DNA of 64,000 nt. It comes from Bacteroidia bacterium. GTDB lineage: Bacteria; Bacteroidota; Bacteroidia; NS11-12g; UBA955. Location: the NCBI GenBank assembly GCA_041391605.1, contig JAWKNQ010000002.1:21417-85416 (forward strand), in the 5' to 3' direction. Below, one piece after another: positions 58,476-64,000 of the stretch. Both the position numbers and the translations under genes were made by a program. Positions within the stretch are counted from its first letter, which is position 1; each line of letters starts with the position of its first letter. A model generated the notes under the pieces. The model saw only the letters and a list, made by a program, of their open reading frames with translations, was not told the origin of the DNA and did no database searches.

Positions 58476-59792
58476 TTAACTTCTGTCTCTATACTTGGAT
58501 GCTTTAGAGGTATCAATTTTTGAACCCAAAATATTTAGAATTCCGTATAGGCCAAAACATGTGCGATTGATATAAATAGCGTCTTGTGGCCCTCTGGCTC
58601 CATTCGCTTCTTTTAACTCAATCATTTTACTGAACCTCTCTCCAAGGTCGTAAATTTGCTTAAAATAACTATCATCACTAAAATCAAATGTGTCAGAATT
58701 AAATGGACGCCCCAATAAATCTAACATTTCCTTAAACGATTTCTTTAGTACAGGAACTACTTTAGCACTGTCCTCTTTTAAAAGATATTCGAGTTTGAAA
58801 AGAATGTGAGTGAATAGAATGTCATTATTGATAGCTTCTGAATCGAGTAAAGTAAAGTAGTCTTTATGAAAGATAGGGTCAATCTCTTTAACACAACCAA
58901 AATCAATAACACCCACTTGATTATCTGCTGTAATTATAAAGTTTCCAGGGTGTGGGTCGGCATGAACAGATTTTAAAACAAATATTTGATGCAAATAGAA
59001 ATCCCAAATTGCTTGACCAACTTTGTTTAGAACGTCCTGAGAATGATTGCCTTTTACAAATTCAGATAAGGGTAAACCATCAATCCAATCCATGCTTAGA
59101 ATTCGATTACTACTATATTCTGGATAGTAATTAGGAAAAAAGACACCATTAACTTTAGAGCAAGCTTTAGAAATCTCAATTGAACGCTTGAGTTCCAACT
59201 TGTAATCAGTTTCTTCTAAAAGTTTGTTCTCCACTTCCTTGAAGTATTTATCAATGTCCTTTCCTTTTAGGTTTAAAATACGAGTGGCTAGTGGTTTCAC
59301 CAACTTTAAATCACTGCTTACACTATCTGCTACTCCAGGGTATTGAATTTTAACTGCAAAAGTTTTGTCTTTAATTGTAGCTTTATGAACTTGACCAATA
59401 CTTGCAGCATGCATTGCAGATTTGCCAAATGAATCAAATAATTCTAAGGGTTCCTTTTTAAATTCTTGCTGAAATGTTTTTAATACCAATGGATAACTCA
59501 GCGGAGGTGCTGAATATTGAGCAAGTTGGAATTTGTTTTGATAGGCCTTTGGCATCAAGTTTTTATCCATACTTAGCATTTGAGCAACCTTAAGAGCTGA
59601 ACCTTTTAACTTACTTAAGGTGTCGTATATGTCTTCGGCATTATCTTCGTTCAATTCGTCTCTATTGGTGCCTGAATCAACAGCCTTCTTTAAATAATAT
59701 TTTAAATAGTTTCCACCAATTTTCGCGCCAGCACCAGCAAAGCTAGCTGCTCTTTGGATTTTTGAGGTTGGAATTTTAATTTGCTCTTTCAT
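58476..59792 (-). CDS. ABC1/UbiB (AarF) atypical kinase family protein
   Basis: ASIGQVHKA, AVKIQYPGV, HADPHPGNF motifs. Confidence 0.8.
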   Translation of the reverse strand: MKEQIKIPTSKIQRAASFAGAGAKIGGNYLKYYLKKAVDSGTNRDELNEDNAEDIYDTLSKLKGSALKVAQMLSMDKNLMPKAYQNKFQLAQYSAPPLSYPLVLKTFQQEFKKEPLELFDSFGKSAMHAASIGQVHKATIKDKTFAVKIQYPGVADSVSSDLKLVKPLATRILNLKGKDIDKYFKEVENKLLEETDYKLELKRSIEISKACSKVNGVFFPNYYPEYSSNRILSMDWIDGLPLSEFVKGNHSQDVLNKVGQAIWDFYLHQIFVLKSVHADPHPGNFIITADNQVGVIDFGCVKEIDPIFHKDYFTLLDSEAINNDILFTHILFKLEYLLKEDSAKVVPVLKKSFKEMLDLLGRPFNSDTFDFSDDSYFKQIYDLGERFSKMIELKEANGARGPQDAIYINRTCFGLYGILNILGSKIDTSKASKYRDRS

Positions 59793-59812
59793 ACGGATAA
59801 TTGCAAAATGAA

Positions 59813-60481
59813 TTACATTTTAAATACAGATTTAGACTTATTTTGGACTAAAAACTTACCCAAATCTAAGATGCTATCAAGTGCACTTTTACCCATTAAT
59901 TCCATGATTAAATTTACTGATTTTTCAATTGCCGCATCTGTTTTCGCAAATTCTTTACTGTCATCTTCCATCCAGAAATTTAAAATAAATAAAGTGTTCA
60001 TCCACACAGCTTCATGATAACGGTCGCTAATAAACTTTCTATCTTCAATCTCATTTCCACTCAGGCCTTCTTGTATTACTTCCTTGGCAAATTCAGTAAT
60101 CTTCGACTTTATTCCATCGTTATTTTTGAAAAGTGGTTTTCTATGTTCAATACTATAAATAAAATAACTGCGATTTTGGTTTAAAGCCACAATCAAGGTA
60201 TAGAAAAGCCCTAATATTTTTTCTCTAGAGCTATAATTTTCAAATTCTTCTGAATTTTTTAAAGTTTCAATTGTGGAGTCAATAGCCTCTGTCCAAATAT
60301 GTAAATCAATATCTTTGAACTGAACGAAATGGGAATAAAATTCAGGCTCAGATAGTTTCAATTGTTTGGCAAATGCATAAATTGAAGCTGGGTCTTTTCC
60401 TTCAGTCAAAACATAATCAATATATGCAGTAACTATCTTATCTCGCTGCTGTGTGTTTGTTTTTTGTGTTTTATTTGCCAT
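59813..60481 (-). CDS. TetR/AcrR-like transcriptional regulator
   Basis: The N-terminal helix-turn-helix-like segment KIVTAYIDYVLTEGKDPASIYAFAKQLKLSEPEFYSHF is typical of Flavobacteriia TetR-type proteins. Confidence 0.5.
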   Translation of the reverse strand: MANKTQKTNTQQRDKIVTAYIDYVLTEGKDPASIYAFAKQLKLSEPEFYSHFVQFKDIDLHIWTEAIDSTIETLKNSEEFENYSSREKILGLFYTLIVALNQNRSYFIYSIEHRKPLFKNNDGIKSKITEFAKEVIQEGLSGNEIEDRKFISDRYHEAVWMNTLFILNFWMEDDSKEFAKTDAAIEKSVNLIMELMGKSALDSILDLGKFLVQNKSKSVFKM

Positions 60482-60566
60482 GATATAGATATTAACAATT
60501 CAAAGTTAGAAATGTTGTATGGCAAAAATGAATTTAAGTCGTTGAACTCTTCAAATAAGCGATTAA

Positions 60567-62678
60567 TTAACTTTTTAAACTAAGTGAAATTCGTTTTCTC
60601 TCAGCATCAATATCCTTTACTTTTAGTTTTAGATGCTGGTTTAATTTAATGACTTCATGAGGACTTTGAATAAATTTGTCAGACATTTCAGATACGTGTA
60701 ATAAGCCATTTTCTTTAATGCCTATATCTACAAATGCTCCAAAATTTGTAATATTTATAATTATGCCATTGATTAACATCCCAACTTTTAAGTCGTGTAT
60801 TGATTGAATAGCACTGTCAAATTGTTCACTTTGTATAGATTCTCTAGGGTCGAGTCCTGGTTTTTCAAGTTCCAATAAAATATCATCAAATGTGTAATGA
60901 CCTATTTCTTCCCTAATATGGTCTAATTTTCGAATTGAATCAATTACACTTTTTTTGCCAATCATATCAGGAATAGATATTCTCGTCAATTTAGCCATCT
61001 TTTCTACTGTTTTGTATTGCTCAGGATGCACAGCGCTATTGTCCAGTTTGTTTTCACCATCTCTGATTCGCAGAAAACCCGCACATTGTTCAAAAGCTTT
61101 TTCACCTAATCGCGGCACTTTTTTGAGGGCATTTCTATCTTTAAATTCACCGTTTTTATTTCTGTATTCAACAATATTTTTTGCTAAAACTTCCCCTAAA
61201 CCAGAAACGTGCTTCAATAATTCTTCACCAGCGGTGTTTATGTTTACACCAACTTTATTCACACATATTTCTACAGTATCAATTAGCGCTTTCTTTAATT
61301 TAGTCTGATTCACATCATGCTGATACTGACCAACACCAATGCTTTTTGCATCAATTTTCACCAATTCTGCTAGTGGATCTATTAATCTTCTACCAATACT
61401 TACAGCGCCTTTAACAGTGACATCGTAATTTGGGAATTCTTTTCTAGCAAGTTCAGAAACAGAATAGATTGACGCCCCATCTTCATTGATCAAAAAACTT
61501 GGTGTGTCTTTAAATTCTCTTCGAATTAAATCGTATGTCTCTCTACCTGCAGTGCCATTTCCTATCGCAATGGCTTCTATTTTTTGTGTTTTTAAAAGTG
61601 CGGATAGTTCAGATATTGATTTTTGTTTTTCTGAATTGGAATTGAAAAACAATATGGAATGATAAATTAAATTGCCAGCTTCATCAAGACACACTGTTTT
61701 ACATCCACTTCTTATTCCAGGGTCGATGGCCAAAATTCTTTTGTTTCCTAAGGGAGCTGAAAGTAGAAGTTGATTCAAGTTATTAGCAAATACTTGAATG
61801 GCATCAGTCTCAGCTTTTTCAAATAATTTTTGTTTGAATTCGTTTTCCAAAGAAGGTCTTAAGAGTCGTTTGTAAGAATCACTAATTATGTCTTCTAATA
61901 TAGCTGGGCACATCGAATTTCTACGTATCCATTTTCTATCAAGGGCTTCAAGAGTTTTATTTTCATCTGGTAACACACTTAGAGTGAGTAAACCTTCTTT
62001 TTCTGCTCTGAAAATTGCCATTATTCTATGAGTTGCAGCTGAATTGGCTTTCTCTGAATATTTGAAATAGTCATTGTATTTTTCGGCTTCATCAGCCTTT
62101 CCTTTTGAAAGTTTTGTTTCAATAATTGCATGTTGTTCGAATCGGCCTCTCAGCATATTTCTAGTATCTGCATCATCTGAAATCCATTGGGCAACAATAT
62201 CTGAAGCCCCAGTAATAGCTTCTTTTATAGTACTTACCTTGTTTTTTACAAAACGCCTTGCTATTTCTTCAATATTTTGATCTCTTTGAGCTAAAATAAT
62301 CTTCGCTAATGGCTCAAGACCTTTTTCAAATGCTTGAGACGCACGAGTTTTCTTTTTTTGTTTGAAGGGTAGATACAAATCTTCTAAAATGTCCTTGTCA
62401 AAGCACAATTCTATTTTGTTTTGTAAATCTGAATTTAGTTTTCCTTGCTCCTTAATTGTTTCTAAAATAAATAATTTTCGCTTAGCAAGCTCATCAAAGA
62501 ACTCTGATTTTTCAATGATTTTAATAATACCCAATTCGTCTAAATTATTTGTTTGATCTTTGCGGTATCGAGCAATGAATGCAATGCTTCCGCCTTCTTC
62601 TTTTAATTGAAGAACAGATTTTATTATTTTTATTGGAATTCCAGTTTGGAGTTCAATGAAAGTTAACTTTTGAGACAT
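60567..62678 (-). CDS. tex: Tex-like transcription accessory protein (YqgF + HhH + S1 domains)
   Basis: IAFIARYRKD N-terminus. RNase H-like ILAIDPGIRSGCK. C-terminal S1 domain GIIINITNFGAFVDIG. Confidence 0.9.
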   Translation of the reverse strand: MSQKLTFIELQTGIPIKIIKSVLQLKEEGGSIAFIARYRKDQTNNLDELGIIKIIEKSEFFDELAKRKLFILETIKEQGKLNSDLQNKIELCFDKDILEDLYLPFKQKKKTRASQAFEKGLEPLAKIILAQRDQNIEEIARRFVKNKVSTIKEAITGASDIVAQWISDDADTRNMLRGRFEQHAIIETKLSKGKADEAEKYNDYFKYSEKANSAATHRIMAIFRAEKEGLLTLSVLPDENKTLEALDRKWIRRNSMCPAILEDIISDSYKRLLRPSLENEFKQKLFEKAETDAIQVFANNLNQLLLSAPLGNKRILAIDPGIRSGCKTVCLDEAGNLIYHSILFFNSNSEKQKSISELSALLKTQKIEAIAIGNGTAGRETYDLIRREFKDTPSFLINEDGASIYSVSELARKEFPNYDVTVKGAVSIGRRLIDPLAELVKIDAKSIGVGQYQHDVNQTKLKKALIDTVEICVNKVGVNINTAGEELLKHVSGLGEVLAKNIVEYRNKNGEFKDRNALKKVPRLGEKAFEQCAGFLRIRDGENKLDNSAVHPEQYKTVEKMAKLTRISIPDMIGKKSVIDSIRKLDHIREEIGHYTFDDILLELEKPGLDPRESIQSEQFDSAIQSIHDLKVGMLINGIIINITNFGAFVDIGIKENGLLHVSEMSDKFIQSPHEVIKLNQHLKLKVKDIDAERKRISLSLKS

Positions 62679-62749
62679 AATCTTGAAATAAGTTGGTGCT
62701 TCACTCAGAGAGAAATAATTAATTTGCTATTAAAGATAAGTCCGCGAAT

Positions 62750-63304
62750 TTATCTTTTTTTCCTCTTTTTGCGTTTTTTCTTATCTACAAGAATTCCTTC
62801 ATATTTAAGTTCATCCATTAGGAACCATTTATCCTCCATTTTTAAAAAAAGGGCTGATAAAATATACCTTTTTCTTTCTTTGTGTTTAATTATAAGATGT
62901 AAATACACATATTCATGACTTCCAATTCCTCCAGTATCTAAAGAGAATGAATCCAACGTAGTTTTCGCCCAATCTATACCTGCTTTTCGAGTCTTTTTGT
63001 GGATTTTATAATATTGAAGACGTAGGTTGTTCCAAAAGTTGTTGTACATTGCAAATTTAGTTACGTCACTTTGACTGCCGGCATAAGAAGTGTCAATGTA
63101 ATTTTTGTAAGTTCTAAAGGAAGGATATAGGGTTTTTAGATTTTTGAATTTTAAAGATTTTAAAATTCCATAAGTACTATCCTTAATCCAAATTAAGTCG
63201 TCCAAATGAATGTTGTCCTTTTGACCATTCGTGTCTAATTCTTCCTGAGCTGCAATGTGATTGGAAAATAGTAGTGTTAAAACTAAAATGAGGTATTTTT
63301 GCAT
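62750..63304 (-). CDS. Secreted hypothetical protein with poly-basic C-terminus
   Basis: Signal peptide MQKYLILVLTLLFSNHIAAQ. Tail KKKRKKRKKR. No family recognised. Confidence 0.4.
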   Translation of the reverse strand: MQKYLILVLTLLFSNHIAAQEELDTNGQKDNIHLDDLIWIKDSTYGILKSLKFKNLKTLYPSFRTYKNYIDTSYAGSQSDVTKFAMYNNFWNNLRLQYYKIHKKTRKAGIDWAKTTLDSFSLDTGGIGSHEYVYLHLIIKHKERKRYILSALFLKMEDKWFLMDELKYEGILVDKKKRKKRKKR

Positions 63305-63332
63305 GAATTAGATTCGAAACTACACTATTATT

Positions 63333-64000
63333 TTGAAAAATAAAACTGAAAATCAGCTCAAAAATTCATTAAGTCCATATTTAAGACAACATGCCAAAAA
63401 TCCTGTCGACTGGTATGAGTGGAATAATTTAGCATTTGAAAAAGCGGAAAGGGAAAACAAACTTCTTTTAGTTAGTATTGGTTATAGCGCTTGTCATTGG
63501 TGTCACGTAATGGCTCATGAATCTTTCGAAGATATTGAAACAGCTGAAATCATGAATCAATATTTTGTTTGCGTTAAGGTAGATAGGGAAGAATTGCCAA
63601 ACGTAGATCAATTGTATATGGATGCATGCCAACTAGTAAATGGAAATGGTGGTTGGCCATTAAATGCATTTGCACTACCGGATAAACGACCAATTCACGC
63701 ATTAACATATGCTCCGAAAAGTGAATGGCATAAAATCTTACACGCGATACATGATCTTTGGGAACAGTCGCCAAATAAGGCATATGAATATGCAGAAAAA
63801 TTAGCTCATGGAATTAAAACAATCTCATTACCTCCTGGCATAACAAGAAGAACAAAAGATGTGAAACCTTTATCGCATGAAGTATTTAATATGTTTAAGG
63901 AAAATTTCGATAATGTGTATGGTGGACAGAATAGAGCTCCCAAGTTTCCAATGCCCACTAATTGGTTGTTTCTTTTAAAATATGCTTTAGTATATTCAAA
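63333..64000 (+). CDS. Thioredoxin-domain (DUF255/YyaL-like) protein, 3' end outside window
   Basis: Not in the ORF track because there is no stop before the window end. [17 protein letters not shown]...[21 protein letters not shown]...[12 protein letters not shown]. There is no in-frame ATG; TTG 63333 is the likely start. Confidence 0.8.
   Translation, partial: MKNKTENQLKNSLSPYLRQHAKNPVDWYEWNNLAFEKAERENKLLLVSIGYSACHWCHVMAHESFEDIETAEIMNQYFVCVKVDREELPNVDQLYMDACQLVNGNGGWPLNAFALPDKRPIHALTYAPKSEWHKILHAIHDLWEQSPNKAYEYAEKLAHGIKTISLPPGITRRTKDVKPLSHEVFNMFKENFDNVYGGQNRAPKFPMPTNWLFLLKYALVYS

Noticed and set aside
1-64000. CRISPR arrays, IS elements/transposases, prophage genes, toxin-antitoxin pairs, restriction-modification or other defence systems
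   Set aside because: I looked for direct-repeat/spacer periodicity, terminal inverted repeats, and DDE, integrase, helicase or nuclease signatures in all listed ORFs and in the intergenic DNA. I found none.

Overview
AT-rich (roughly one-third G+C by eye), gene-dense chromosomal segment that reads as core genome of a Bacteroidota bacterium, probably Flavobacteriia-like. Supporting signs are type IX secretion C-terminal sorting domains, gliding-motility C-terminal (CHU_C) domains, recurrent TAnnTTTG -7 promoter boxes and a Rho with a large N-terminal insertion. Left to right the window holds: a cytochrome c oxidase assembly cluster (cyoE, two subunit III paralogues, subunit IV, SCO1, DUF420, DUF983); ridA; a CHU_C adhesin; a ~3.9-kb stretch of shattered genes (radical SAM/SPASM, four DUF1573 paralogues, the 5' end of rsmA); mgtE; a CapA-like gene; a CstB-like persulfide dioxygenase-rhodanese operon with two rhodaneses and a thioredoxin; a DegT-Ugd-Uxs nucleotide-sugar module; an ECF sigma/anti-sigma pair; GT2; ABC-F; bestrophin; an LtaS-like sulfatase; a LytTR two-component system; a large disrupted adhesin; a CNNM/CorC protein; aroQ; lysC; fbp (disrupted); tRNA-Phe; a porin; an S8 peptidase; pyrF; oxyR; a 1256-aa CARDB-repeat T9SS cargo; mlaD; rho; a BamA-like OMP; an ABC1 kinase; tex. 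I saw no CRISPR array, transposase, integrase, prophage or recognisable defence or toxin system, and I cannot point to a convincing new multi-gene system. Two observations are best supported. (1) There are five sharply bounded patches of dense frameshifts, many repairable by +/-1 nt in homopolymers, so they look positional (likely consensus error) rather than gene-wise decay. (2) A TGTGA-N6-TCAC(A/T) Crp/Fnr-type palindrome sits exactly 21 nt upstream of a -7-like box at two sulfur-related promoters. All functional calls come from motif and family recognition by eye, with no database search.
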